Below are positions 1 to 12,742 of a DNA stretch of 39,682 nucleotides, piece after piece. Source of the stretch: Paraglomus brasilianum (taxonomy: Eukaryota). The position numbers and the translations under genes were made by a program. Below the pieces are notes generated by a model, which ran no database searches, was not told the DNA's origin, and saw nothing but the letters and a program-made list of their open reading frames with translations. Location of the stretch: contig CAJVPI010000242.1 in the NCBI GenBank assembly GCA_910592345.1, positions 1-39,682 of the forward strand. The letters are read 5' to 3'. How positions within the stretch are numbered: the stretch's first letter is position 1; every line of letters starts with the position of its first letter.

Positions 1-1129
1 CAGCGTCGAGAGCTTAATCAGTTGTACGAACGATTATCGATGAAATCCCAGCAACGTTCTCAATAATACGATTATACTTAATAACAACTACAACAACATC
101 GCTCGTACAACAATATATATGGGTTTCATTAATGTTCAGGCTACCAACAATACTACAATGTGACAACGAAGTTTGTAGGACTACTAAACTAAGTACATAG
201 AGTAGTGTGTACATAGGGTAGAGTAGACAGAGTAATATGTTTTCTTGTATTATGGATTATCAGGAGAATACTACTAAACCAGTGTTTCTTTTTCATTATA
301 ATGCTCATAGTTGCTGTCGATAGTCCATCCACTGGTGAGTTTTAACTTTTGAGTAAATATAGTAGATTTTCTTGAAGTACTATATTGCTTGTGACATTGA
401 ATCTGTAAGCATCTGACATGCATTGTGGTTCAATTAGATTTGTATACAGGGTTGAGAACATAGAATAGAACATAATAGAGAAAAATAGACATTATAAACT
501 TATTTCCCTTCCCTTTTTATTTCCCTTAAATTCTCTTATTTATTATGTGGTATTCTTATTAATCTAGTTTTGTAACTGCTTTGAATGTTGAAGCTGTCAA
601 TATTCATCTCACTTCATGCTTAAACTCAACCCATCTCCTTTTCAATAATAGATAATTCTTTGTACTTTTCAGCTGTCAACATGCTTAAGACAGGACCCAA
701 ATTCATTCCATCTCGCACAAATTTATTGGATTATGTTCAACAGCCATTTATCAAACTGATTGAAATTCATCCAACAAATTATAATTGTTACTTTGAGTCA
801 CAGCTCAATCCAAGTTTTTTGGACAAATTTTTTGTATGCTCACTCAATGCCTCCTCGCAATTTTGGTCAGAATATCTCATACAAATTCCTTGCCCACCCT
901 CATTTGGTTCCACAAAAGATTCATTTCATTCGTTTTGGGATGCACTCATTTTCAAGCCTATCAAAAGCACTTGTCCAATAGGAAGCTTCAATCGAAATTT
1001 GAATAGCCACACTTCTACAAGATGGATTCTTTCGACAGTCTGTCCGTTTAAAAATACACCTAATTATTAACGCGTTATACTCAACAATTAATTAGCTTAT
1101 TTCGCTACTCAGATAATCGAAGGACAAGA

Positions 1130-1485
1130 ATCGATTGTCCTTTTCCGACATAGGGATTAGTGGTTTAAAACTATATCGAATAAACGTAAATTAGTTTATG
1201 ATCAGAGTAAATGCGATACTCATTTATTGATAAGAAAATAAGGAATCGGGAAATAATAATATTATTCGAACTATAGGACCCCTGAAACACACGAAACACA
1301 CGAAACACACCGAAACTAGCTGACTCCTACGCTGCTTTTATAACTTCTGAGCTACTAATTGTCATATTTTTAGCAATTAATTCTGAGCTTCGATCATTGG
1401 TTTGTTAGATTTCTTACTAAGTAGTCGCCTTTCGTTCCAGCTGTAAGATTTTTCCATAGTTGTCAATAAAAATCTTATTATTATA
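1130..1485 (+). repeat. Degenerate dispersed repeat, copy A; possible 3' end of a non-LTR retroelement
   Basis: ATAGGGATTAG(T/C)GGTTT..AACTATATCGA, GAAACACAC/GAACACAC repeats and CTTTTATA..TATTTTT(A/G)GCAA recur at ~2030-2230. It ends in TAGTTGTCAATAAAAATCTTATTATTA, similar to the TSD-flanked insert at 20789-20862. Confidence 0.45.
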
Positions 1486-2029
1486 TTGTTGAATATGAAT
1501 TGAGAGTATTGAGGATGAAAGTGAAGGTGAACCTCGAAATGAGCATGAATATGAAATTAACCGTCTTACATAAAGTGTTATTTAATGACTAAAGTCTGTA
1601 AATATAAATGCATGAAAAAATTTTTGGCTTGCTTTTTTGAAAGGCAGTCATTAATATATATTAGAATATAAATAATAGTAATGCAGATACTGTACTGTAT
1701 AAGTATTCTACAACTAAGTATTAACCTAATTTGCTGAATAATTCGAACTTTCAGTTATTTTCCTCCATCTACTATAATACTAACAGTGGACAACAGTTCT
1801 GATAACATGATGCAAATTAAACTTTTAGTTAAATAAGAAACACAGTTAGTGACCTTTAACACTAGGCTTTTACACTTACGACTCACAGTGTCGATGAGTG
1901 ACACTAATCATAGATAATAATAGTTGCGATTCTCTACCGTGGGGGTACGGGTGTTTTCAATTATAATAATGCGCATCGATATATAAACAATTAAATATCG
2001 TATTTGCCACGGGAATAATCGCGATTATT

Positions 2030-2230
2030 CTTAATCGATATAGGGATTAGCGGTTTCACAACTATATCGATAATTTACCAGGGAATAAATCATTAATAAT
2101 GTATAATGGACTACTCGTTTATTAGAATATTTACAATAAACTGAATCGAAAGTAATTAAAACATGAACACTCGAACACACTGAACTTTTATATCTTTCGA
2201 CAGGACTAGTTATCTATTTTTGGCAACGCT
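2030..2230 (+). repeat. Degenerate dispersed repeat, copy B (related to ~1140-1380)
   Basis: Colinear shared blocks: ATAGGGATTAGCGGTTT, AACTATATCGA, GAACAC repeats, CTTTTATA, TATTTTTGGCAA. Confidence 0.45.
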
Positions 2231-3311
2231 TAATAATTATCCTATATTCAGTATATACCATCGTACTGTTTCTCTTGGTGCTATTGCTGCTCCGGTTCGG
2301 TATCTTCGTCCGATTGAAATTAGGGAGGAATATATGCCATAATTAATATTAGCCTCCACAGTATGAATGTTGATATCATTTTAAATTCATTGAGACCAAA
2401 AGCTAACAACTTTTATAGGTGACAGAGGTGCACATAAAGAATCTATCACTAACTTTTCTGACAGTGAAGATGATGTCACTATTTTAATAATATTATTTAT
2501 AGTCTTCTAAGTTAACGGACCTAAAGATCTGATTTTGTAAAAGACCCGGGTACTGTTTTCGAAAAAATCAACATTATACCCGGGTATTATAAACAGATAA
2601 TCTCATTGTAATAGTAAGATTATGTACCCTGATGATATACTCTGATGATGTACCGGGTACTTTAGTCAGAGAAATACGCTACTTATCAACATTTTGGGAG
2701 CAAACTGACACCAGATATACCACAAAAATATTGCTAATGCATTAGTAGAATTAGAATTTTCGAGACTGATTCTCCACCAGAATCAATGCAAATCGACTGC
2801 AAAATTGGTAGGACAAAATGATATAAATGAGAACATTAAACAGAGGTATTCGCTTATAACATAGCAATAGGTCTAATTGCTAAATGTCACTAAAAAATAT
2901 TCATTAGTCACTTAGTTTATTTAGCCACACCGGCACGTCATTCGTGTAACTATCCAATTTGTTACGCATTGTACACTGTGTGTCACAAAGACCCTGACTA
3001 TTCGCGATATTCATGTATTTGCTGTTTGCGTTAATCAACATTTTTTTAAAAGCTTAAGGACTATGACAGCAATTATTTAGGTCTGTGAGAAAGAATGTAT
3101 TTTATACGAACCGAATATTTTCTTAACATTAACATTCATGTGAAATGTACATTCCCTAGAGAAAACTTGTTACATCTCGTTTGAGAATGTATGTGACATA
3201 ACTGTGGCGTTAAGCAGATTTGAACCCCTGAAATGGTTATGTGGCGGCCAGTTTTTGTCTTTGGATTTTTGAAACATGCTCCACAAAATCCGACAATCGA
3301 AAGGTCAAAAA

Positions 3312-4178
3312 ATGTCATTCACGGTACAGCAATCCACCGAAAAATCCACACCTACCACCTCTCTGTCCGCCGCCTCAACTTCTACAACCGTACCCACTGA
3401 AACCACTGTTGCAACCACAGCAACGACCATGACCACGACCGCAACGACCGCAGCCACGACCGCGACCACAACCACAACGACGACGACAACCATAACCAAT
3501 TCTTCAGAAACAGCACCTCTCGACTCTTCTTCTTCTACCTCGACTTCGGAAATCTCGCCTCCCAATTCAGACCCACTTCTTGCAGACCCTGACTCTACAC
3601 AAGACCTACGTCTGCCTATTTCTCGTTCTCTATTAACACCATTGTTTGGTGGTAGAAGACCTTTCGCTAGAACTTTCGTGTTTCCGTGCAGGTGCATGGT
3701 TGAGGAAGAAATACATTTTTACGAAAATCCCGACGAGTTTGATTTGCCAGCCGTAGCGGTTGTTGGAAAGGGAGACGGATTTGTATGGAATGAAGGTAAG
3801 AATGAACTACAAGAAAAGGGAATAAGGTTGAGATAATAGCAAATATGTTGTATACAGCATAACATATCGACCACACGTTTGCTATCTTGCATAGCTACTT
3901 AATTGCGCGCCTGCTCTATTGTTCTGCTTACTCTGCTTACTCTGCTCTGTTGTTGTTTCTTCTTTCTCTCAGAACTCCTCCTAAAATATCAACAATGCTA
4001 TCACTCACATTACTCCTCGGTGACTCCAGAACCAGGAGATACTCGTTACAACACGACACCACATCTACATCGTCACCGGGCTTACATCCATGGTGGGCAA
4101 GTAAATACGGATGAAGTGCCAAGTTACGATATTCTATTTGGACCTAATTATCCTCTCCCGGACATTTTGCCTTCATGA
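3312..4178 (+). CDS. Hypothetical Thr/Ser-rich protein, 2 exons (3312-3795, 3973-4178)
   Basis: ATG at 3312, followed by a poly-Thr tract. The GTAAGA donor at 3796 and a pyrimidine-rich CAG acceptor at 3972 join in frame (GFVWNE-ELLLKYQQ) to the 3903-4178 ORF. Confidence 0.7.
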
Positions 4179-5672
4179 GAGTAGTAAATATGGTGAATGA
4201 ATGGCATAAGCATAATAGCTATTAGGTGTGTTGTTTGGGTCGTGGCTATTGATCGTATATAACAACAAGGATGTGGATTTATTAGAAAGATTGTTTGTTC
4301 GAGTCGGTTTAGACGCTTTGCTGTATACGTTTTTTGACGTTTTTTACTTTTTATTTATCGTCGCTGTTTATATGTATTTGCATTGTTTAGACTTGTTTGC
4401 GTCGGCTCGTCATATTTTTTTTTATTTGCGGTAATTGGTTTTTCTTATACATTTGTATGATCTATTAATTCAATGTTTCCATCTCGATAAATTTTAATTG
4501 GTTTCTCCTTTCATGCTTTATGTAACCCTATTTATCCAACGTAATTACTTTGTATATATGTAGCTATCGAGTGCGAATTGCTTATTCATAATTTCATACA
4601 ACGAGCGTTATTTGCTTAGCTTCGATCAATAAAGATGATGATGCGCAAGGCAGATCTGAGTTGATAGCACTTGGGTTTAGCAATATGTAATACTAGTGAG
4701 CGTCGCGTAGAACGATTGCTGAACGAAGCCTTTTATGATTCAGATGTAGAACTGACCAAATGTCAAAGACTACCCGCTTCGTCACAATAGGGCTTAAATA
4801 CAATAACACGTTTTGTGCACAGTCAACTGCGGCTTCGGTATATTTTAAGCCGATCATTTCCATATTCTGTAATATTTGAGTCAATTAATAAGTTTTCTTT
4901 TAATGATTTTTGGAATCGGAAACTGAACATAATTAGCCTCCCTTATATCTCAATTCTGATTCAAAGCAGGAAATACGGAACATCATCGAGATTGTATGGG
5001 CTCTCTTTGCTAGCCAATATTTTTTCTGTTCTGATCAACTTGTTAAGAAATATATGAAATCGTCTTTAACCTTCCGTATCTCTTAAACTCGAGCAACAAG
5101 GTGCGATCATTTTACAATATATAGAGATTTAGATATTCGCTCTCAGAGAAGTTATCACTCTCAATCAGCCGCATGGTCTCGAGTATAGCTCCCGTTGAAT
5201 TTGCTTCTCGCCTCAATCAAGTTGATCAGCATAACAAGGACATCATCATTGTCATCAATTCTGGCCAGGAAGCCATTAGGTAGATAGATCCTCCCCGTCC
5301 TATTACTCCACAACAGATTGCTAATATTATTTGCAGATGAGACGCGTAGCAACTCATCCGTGGATAGAAATAGTTTGTCTTAACCCTTTATAAGGAAGTT
5401 GTTAGAAGATAAATTATCGAGTTCATAGAGAAACAGTCCACACCAGTCCAAAAACTTTTCTTAGTACATTTCATATTGTGAGCGATCTAAAGACACGTAC
5501 AGCAACACCTCTCCAACAAGCATTAATAATAAAATAGTAATGTTTATGTGGCAATATTATCTATCATTAATAATAACAATATTAAGTGATCTTGAAACTC
5601 TTAAAAACGGCATGTATTTACAATACAATAATATAATTTCACACAATAAGTTTATTCGTAATTACATACCAC

Positions 5673-6451
5673 TTACCTTTTCTCTTGCTTTCTCTCGTGC
5701 AATATGTGTCTCAACTTTGCGAGAACAGCATCCCTCCCATTTATCCCACCATTCCCATTTCCATCCAAACATTTGACCAATTCCTCTAATTGTCTTTCAT
5801 CAACCCTCACAACATCAGAAATTTTCCTCATTGCATTTCGTTCTATTTCAACGTTGCGTGCATCTATAAATGAAATTTCACTACGCAGAAGGCTCAAGTC
5901 TCGTGTAAGAGCGGTTATTTGGGATTGGAGTTGGTGAATATGTTTATCTAGCATATCATCGACTAGATATATATAAAAGTATAGATTTGAATCAATTTAA
6001 CTTGGCATGTTGGCAATTAGACACTGATAAATTCACATACCAGAATGCGTTGTCGACGTCGGAATAATATGCATTAGATGTGAATGAGAAAGTTGCGGTT
6101 GTTGCGGTTGCGGTTGCGGTTGAGGTTGAGGTTGAGGTTGTGGTTGTGGTTGCGGATGTTGTAGTTGCGGATAATGTTGCGTTTGCGGTTGCGGTTGCGG
6201 TTGCGGTTGCTGTTGATGCTGCAGTTGTTGTTGATGCTGCAGTTGTTGTTGTTGCTGTTGCTGCTGCTGCTGTAGTTGTTGTTGTTGTTGTTGTTGTTGC
6301 AGTTGTTGTTGTTGTTGCTGCTGCTGCTGTAGTAGTAGTTGTTGTTGTTGCAGTTGTTGTTGTTGTTGTAGTAGTTGTTGTTGCAGTTGTTGTTCCTGCA
6401 GTTGTTGTTGCTGCTCTTGTGGTTGTTGTTGCTCTTGTGGTTGTTGCTGCT

Positions 6452-6482
<31 letters not shown>

Positions 6483-6597
6483 TTGTTGTGGTGATGGTTG
6501 CGGTTGCGGTTGCGGTTGCGGTTGCGGTTGCGGTTGTGGTTGCGATTGTGGTTGCGCTTGCTGTTGTGATTGTTGCGATTGTTGCGGTGATGGTTGC

Positions 6598-6675
<78 letters not shown>

Positions 6676-8719
6676 GGCGGCGGCGGCGGCGGCGACGGCG
6701 GTGGTTGTATCTGTGGTTGCAGTTGCTGTGGTGGCGGTGGCGGTTGTTGCATTTGTGATTGCTGTAGTTGCTGCTGTTGTGGTGGCGGTGGCGATTGTTG
6801 CAGTTGTTGCAGTTGTAGCTGCTGTTGTTGTGGTGGTGGCGGTGGTACATGTGGTGGCAGCGGTTGTTGTTCTGGTGGTTGTTGCATCTGTGGATGTAAA
6901 AGTTGTTGTTGTGGTTGCAGAGGCAGCTGTGGTAGCTGTTCCTGTTGTGGGCGCTGTGGCTGAGAGTAAGTATGTGATTGTAAATGTGGTTGCGGTTGTA
7001 GATACGGTTGCGGTTGTAATTGCGGTTGCGGTTGCGGTTGTAATTGCGATTGTAATTGCGGTTGTAATTGCGGTTGTGGTTGCGGTTGTAATTGCGGTTG
7101 TGGTTGCGGTTGTAATTGCGGTTGCGGTTGCGGTTGCGGTTGCGGTTGTAATTGCGGTTGCGGTTGCGGTTGTAATTGCGGTTGCGGTTGTAGATGCGTT
7201 TGTAGCTGCAGTGGTTGCAGTTGTTGTGGATATGATTGTTGCAGTTGGTGTGGTTGTTGCGGTTGTGGTTGTGGTTCCTCTCTTCGAGCCCTTTTCCGCC
7301 TCTTTTCCTCAGTATCACGTTCTTCGTTCAAAACGAGTTCGAGACTCTTAATTTTCTCATCTGCTTCTATTAATTCCCTTTCTTGCGTCTGGAAATAGCG
7401 TATACTCGAACCCACTTCCGATGCCTCACGTTGTTTTGCGAGTAGCTGTTGACGGGCAGAGTTAAGTGCTGATTCTTTTTGTTTTATTAATTCACGAAAC
7501 TCTTCTTCGACATCGTGAACCAGACGGTGGATTACTGTTGTTGAAGTGAGAGAGAATGAGAACAAATAAAGATTAAAATTATGAGGATTGATCGGTTTAC
7601 TGAAGATAGAGATATTATATATGAAAATGGTAAATTACACGAAGCAACTTCGCGTGCTCGTTTGCGTGGCTTAAAGTGCGCGTTCGCTCCATCTATTTGC
7701 CCTTGCTGAGTACAAAAGATCAAACGATTAGAACAAGATTAAAAATGAACAACATAGTTGACAAAATTGTAATGCACTTGTTAAATAGAACTGCTTGAGT
7801 ATCCTTCTATAGCAATCGTCAAACATGAACGTTTGTCAACTAAAGTCATTAGTTTTTCTTTACTCAGCACTCGTTCAATAAAACTCACCTCATCTCTTCC
7901 GCTCGCCATTCCCTCGTTCACATGACTATTTATATCAGCTCGATCGTCAATATACCCAATAGTCTCGTAATCTTCTGGTTTTACCCCAACGCTATTTTCA
8001 ATCATTCTATCTGCACCTAGTTCAAGCAACAATTGCACTATCCTCTCATTATCATGTTTAGCAGCTATGTTCAATGCAGTGTCTCCATTTTTGTCCTGCG
8101 CGTTAACTATCGATGGAATAATACCACCATTAACGGAACGGCCATCTATCCATCTTGTTAGACATTCCATATAATACTCAGCAGACGCAGCATGACTCTT
8201 ATATGCAGCGGTCATAGCAATATGATGGAATACGGTTCTATTTTTCTTGTCAGCAAGACCGATAGTCTTGGTCAATATTTCCAATAAGGCAGGGAAAGTC
8301 TGCAACTCATAACTATGAGTTACCAACACAGCTCTTATTAATGCCGACTCTCCGTCATTGTTTACTTTACACAAGTCGGCACCACGACTTAACAAAAGCT
8401 CCAGTAACTGTACTCTGCCTAAAGCAGCCGCCCAGTGGAGGGCGGTATGACCGTGAGCATCCATTGGTAGGTCTACATTTAAGTCAGGTGTTGAGAGAAA
8501 GTCTTCGAGTTGTTTCATATCTTCTGTGAAGAATATGGCAGTGAGGGTTTGGTGGTGTCTTTCGAGTAAGGAATTCTGTACTTCAGCCATAGTGAGATGC
8601 TGTGTTGTTGTTGATGAGGTGGAATTTGTATATAAGATTGCGCCGTTAGTGGAGTTGGGGCGGGGTGTGTGCGTAGTCGACGCGCTAGACGCGAGGCTGT
8701 CTTTTGATTGAGAAATCAT
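5673..8719 (-). CDS. SWI6: Swi6/Cdc10-family ankyrin-repeat G1/S transcription cofactor with a large Gln/Pro insertion; exons ~8719-7889, 7705-7639, 7534-6041, 5962-5673
   Basis: Family-typical ankyrin motifs DAHGHTALHWAAALG, GESALIRAVLVTHSY, RTVFHHIA, YYMECL, NAQDKNGDTALNIAA, then a coiled coil and a C-terminal helical segment. GT-AG introns keep the frame. The start, a possible micro-exon near 7800 and the last exon (GTAAGT at 5676) are uncertain, and orthology versus Swi4/Mbp1/Res is not resolved. Confidence 0.82.
6087..7277 (-). repeat. Compound coding microsatellite: (CAA/CAG)n, (CAACCG)n, (CCG)n and a 24-bp higher-order unit
   Basis: 25 uninterrupted CAA codons at 6600-6674 (27 Gln in a row), QP hexamer runs, and QPQPQLQP units at ~6990-7190. 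Confidence 0.97.
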
Positions 8720-10093
8720 ATAAGATGAGTATGGTGGTTGGTGTCGGATGTTTGAGTAATGTGATGACACGAGTTAATGGTGTCACAATAGATGTACTAT
8801 TAATAAATTTATTTTCCATTATGATGACTTAACAAAATGAACAACGGGCATGTATGAATAACTAGTGCAACACATTCTTTGTGTTCTTGAAAAAAGATAT
8901 TCCCATTGTGACGGTAGGAAGTCCTTTGGAATTCCCGCATTTGTTGTGGTGATGAAAGCATTTAGAATGTTTTGTACATATTGGTAAACAATTTAGCCGA
9001 ACATCTATTAATGTTTGAGATACAGCTTTCTTTTATATAATAGGTAAGAACATCAACCTAAGCCTAACAATAAAGCTGCCGTGCTGAAATAAAGAACAGA
9101 GATTGCCGAATGTATCGTCGTCGAAACTTATAGTATTAACGTGAGAGGAATATTGAACGATTAGAGGTTCGCTGATTGTTTATCACACGAATAGAAATGG
9201 CAACATGATCAACGTGAAGGGAGGTTGCTTGTAGCTCTCATGGGTTCCTTTGTCTTAAATTTTTAATATTGACAAAAATGCAATCACTAATAATCATGAC
9301 ACTCTTTGATTTGTCGTGCTTGCTTTTCAATCGATTTGATTATCTCAAATTAAAAAAGCCAGTTTTACAACTCATTTGTTGAAGGAGATTAAAACAGAAA
9401 TTAAATAAATAATGACTAAATGCTAGAATGTTTTTTGACCAGAGTTATTTTGTTAATATGTTGCAAAAATGATAAGCGGTTATATTACAATAATCAGGTT
9501 GAACGGAATGTGCTAACAGAACACCGAGGTCGGATAGCTACTGTATTTTACTTGAATAACTTAGAGTTTGATATGTAAAATCATACTTCCAAGTCAACAG
9601 GTAAATGAATCTTCTGCCTAATCAAAAATTGGGGCATGCTGCGACAAAGTGAACATTTGACTGCAAGAGCCACCAATGGCTGATGTGGCTGAGAAAACAC
9701 GTATATGCTTAGAACTGGATTCAATTATCAATTTTCACATTTTTTCCATTTGCAACTTACTGGTTTTATTTCTTTTGCGGAACTTTGGATATAGAAATAA
9801 CTTGATGCTGGGACTCGCGTTAATGGCCTAGGATCCGCGTACTCCCTCTTTGATAGCATCATACATCTCATTCGCTTCTCTACTCTCAAGCGTTTTCTTA
9901 TTCGCTATGCATCTATCTGCCCACATCGGGTTCAATTTTTTTACACGTGTATGATACTGTGGATGTGTTGAATAAAAAACTCAAAATGGTTGCGTGTACG
10001 TTTTACATGAGACTTGGAAATCGATAGTCGAACGACTGCGCTCAGCAAAATGCTGAAGACATAACTGAAGTGTCGTTGCATGGTGGCAGAACA

Positions 10094-10360
10094 GCGGACC
10101 ATTCGAAGAATGCGCCTGATCATACCATCTTTTCAACGATGCACTACGTCGCCACACAACTGTCCACTGACGGACCAAGTCAACCTTGGACACCGATTAA
10201 ATATCGAAACACGACAGAAATATCCACACAGACTAACTCAGGTCGTTACGTGCAGCAATGGGGCGGACCATTCGAATAATGCGCGTACTGACCAAACCAT
10301 CTTTGCCAATGAAGCACCTCGAGTGCAAGCATCGCCACGCAACCATTCAAGATGACACCT
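10094..10360 (+). repeat. Degenerate tandem duplication, period ~169 bp
   Basis: GCGGACCATTCGAA(G/T)AATGCGC..CTGA.CA.ACCATCTTT..CAA.GA.GCAC..TCGCCAC.CAAC at 10094 and 10263. Confidence 0.75.
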
Positions 10361-10796
10361 CCTTTGATACGCCGGTCGTTTCCGGACCGAAACACTGATA
10401 GTCCGTGAACGCATAGCTAACTGGAAAACGAAAAACCAAGTCTCGTCGCATATTACTGGTATAACTATCTATCGCGAACTTTTATTCACGAGGGTTCTCT
10501 GTCGATATTTGTGTTCACATGATGCAAATTTTGCATTTCCCTATATGGACGAAGTTTACAAACAAACATCCTAATTAGGATCAACATCCCAATTTGGAAT
10601 AGTGATCACAGCAAGTTTTGGTGCTCTCACAAGATGTTACATTACCAAGTAAGCAGTACCTTGCGGGAACAAGTTGCATTACTAGTCATGAAGAGTCGTA
10701 AAGGAAAGTGCTTCTGACTAACCTCTCTCATTATTACCTTCAGTTTATTGAGAAATTGGGACGTAATATTGCGTATATAATATGTATGTTGTAAAC

Positions 10797-11390
10797 GATC
10801 TGCTTGATTCTTCGAAAACGCGAAATCAATCGCATCACTGAATCAGCAACCAAGAATCCTATACTTATAAAATTTATATGCATGTTAATTGTAACTGTTG
10901 TTGATGTGTGTGCAAAAAATTGACATGGAATATCAAGTACGATTTTTTGAGTTTGCATATAATGATCTGCTTGATTCTCGAAAATGCGAACTCAATCTTT
11001 ATCGCTAGAAAACCTAAATCAGCAACCAAGGATCGTATGCTTATAAAATTTACATGCATGTTTAGCGTGACTATTGTCAATGCGTGTGCAAAAAATTAAC
11101 AATTTGGGTATACCGATTGGCTTGATTTTTCGAAGACGCGAAATCGATTTTCGTCGTCAATCATCATTAACTCAACAACCAACAATCCAATGCTCATATA
11201 AATTATATGTTTGTTAACCATAACTGTTGTCGAGGTGTATACCAAAATTGACACAGAATATCAAGTACGATTTGCGAAATCAATCATCACTAATACTAAA
11301 CCAACAACCAAGAATCCATGCTTACATAATTTACACGTCTGTACAATGTGTGTGCAAAAAATTGACACAGAATATTAAGTACGATTTGAA
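10797..11390 (+). repeat. Degenerate tandem array of ~4 units of ~120-165 bp
   Basis: Units start near 10797, 10964, 11116 and 11274. They share GCTTGATT..CGAA..GCGAAATC, CA(G/A)CAACCAA, GTGTGCAAAAAATTGACA and GAATATCAAGTACGATTT. Confidence 0.88.
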
Positions 11391-11579
11391 TTTGACTATT
11401 ACTACCGATTGGCTATGGAAATCGTCGCTATCAGAATCTGAAAGTTCAAAGAGCAGATCTTAATAAAGCTTGCACGATATAAATATCAACGAAGAAATGA
11501 CTTGATTGCTTGGCTTCTATTTACACATACACCACAATAAAATTTAACGACGATACCCACACTATTAAAACTAACGCCA

Positions 11580-12235
11580 CTACGCACACATATCCAGCCA
11601 ATTGTTCGTAGTAGTCCGACCACCTCCTCCCACCACGGCAGTAAGGAGATTAAAATTGAAATGTTGATGCTCGTGGTGGTGGAAATGGTTGCAGTTTCTA
11701 CAATTACAAATATGTCAGCCCTGTAATACAAGGAAGAATAAGTTAGACATTCGCTGAGATAATATATATTATTGAAGTTAAGTAATAGAGAATTGATCAG
11801 TAAATATAAGCTGCAAATTGCAACTGGCACTAGGATTTCCTTTATGCCTACGGAACTTAATCCCTTGGGTAGTTAATAAACTCTATACTGCTACGACATA
11901 TCAGGGAACGCACACTACGGTACGAAATCCACACCCACCCCAGAGGGAACTTAATCCCTTAGGTAGCCTATTAACTACGACATAGTCCCAACGGAGAGAG
12001 AAGGGTGGTGCTTCACTCACTATAAATAAGCTTTTATTTTTTACATACTAACCTCCTCTTCAACGGGGCCAGAAACTATCCTGGCGAAAGCGATGGCGGC
12101 GGCGTCTCTCGTGGTAGTGGTAGCAGCGGTGGTAGTAGTGGTAGCAGCGGTGGTAGTAGTAGTAGCAGTGGTGGTAGTAGCAGCAGCGGTGGCATCTCTT
12201 GAGCCCTTTCCACTTCTACTTCTTGTTGTTGGCAT
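11580..12235 (-). pseudogene. Possible decayed low-complexity gene (MPTTRSRS..poly-Thr/Ala exon, then a Cys/His-rich exon)
   Basis: ATG at 12235, donor GTTAGT at 12052, branch CTAAC and TACAG acceptor near 11721. The spliced frame reads G*HICNCRNCNHFHHHEHQH with an in-frame TGA. Confidence 0.3.
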
Positions 12236-12742
12236 GGTAATAATAGTAAGCATACTAATACGACGCGCAGTTCGCTCGCTTTTATAACATCGCGTGTTCT
12301 TTGGGATACGTGTCAGTGTAACTTGATACCTACCTTTTATGCACATTCATTGTTAAGATTAAAAGTTTGGAATAAAAGCGCCATCATAATCAGATATATT
12401 TTGGATCAAATATGCCTGATGCCCGTTGAGATATGGGTTGTTGTGAGTGAGTGTCTACTGCATGCACTTTCCATGTTAGCTACACGAGATCATTGAACCG
12501 ATTTTGCACCTTGATTTGGTCAAGTATGTGCTAACCTTATCGGGAAGACTTGTAAGTTGGTCAACTTTCAAAAAGTCCGCAATAGTGAGCTGATCGCATT
12601 TAGTGCTTTGGTAAAGTTGAGAACGTGTCGTCGAGCCTGGTGACATTAAAAAAAGATGAGGTTTAGTGAAAAAAGTTATCGTGGCCTGCAACTGGCTAAC
12701 CATACCTTTTTCGCGTTCGCGTTCTTGATCCAGAATCGTCTG

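Noticed and set aside
660..1070. 136-aa ORF or a decayed transposase on the opposite strand
   Set aside because: No recognisable motif on either strand.
2540..2665. Repeated CCCGGG/CCGGGTA palindromes and CTGATGAT duplicates
   Set aside because: Too short and degenerate to define an element.
3305..3697. Val-rich minus-strand ORF
   Set aside because: Antisense shadow of the poly-Thr tract.
4680..5480. Peptide-like plus-strand frames (e.g. IDPPRPITPQQIANII, QEIRNIIEIVWALF), a possible HMG-like pseudogene
   Set aside because: Many stops and a frameshift, and no diagnostic motif; cannot be supported without a search.
6074..7351. Long Val/Ala-rich (+) and Asn/Arg-rich (-) ORFs
   Set aside because: Alternative frames of the Gln/Pro microsatellite; only the Gln frame splices into the ankyrin gene.
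9580..9900. Possible upstream exons of the Swi6-like gene (GTAAGT near 9760 on the minus strand)
   Set aside because: The translations show no APSES similarity and no convincing join to the main exon.
10797..11390. CRISPR-like array (also considered for 31446-31800)
   Set aside because: Whole units are homologous with no unique spacers, there are no cas genes, and the context is eukaryotic.
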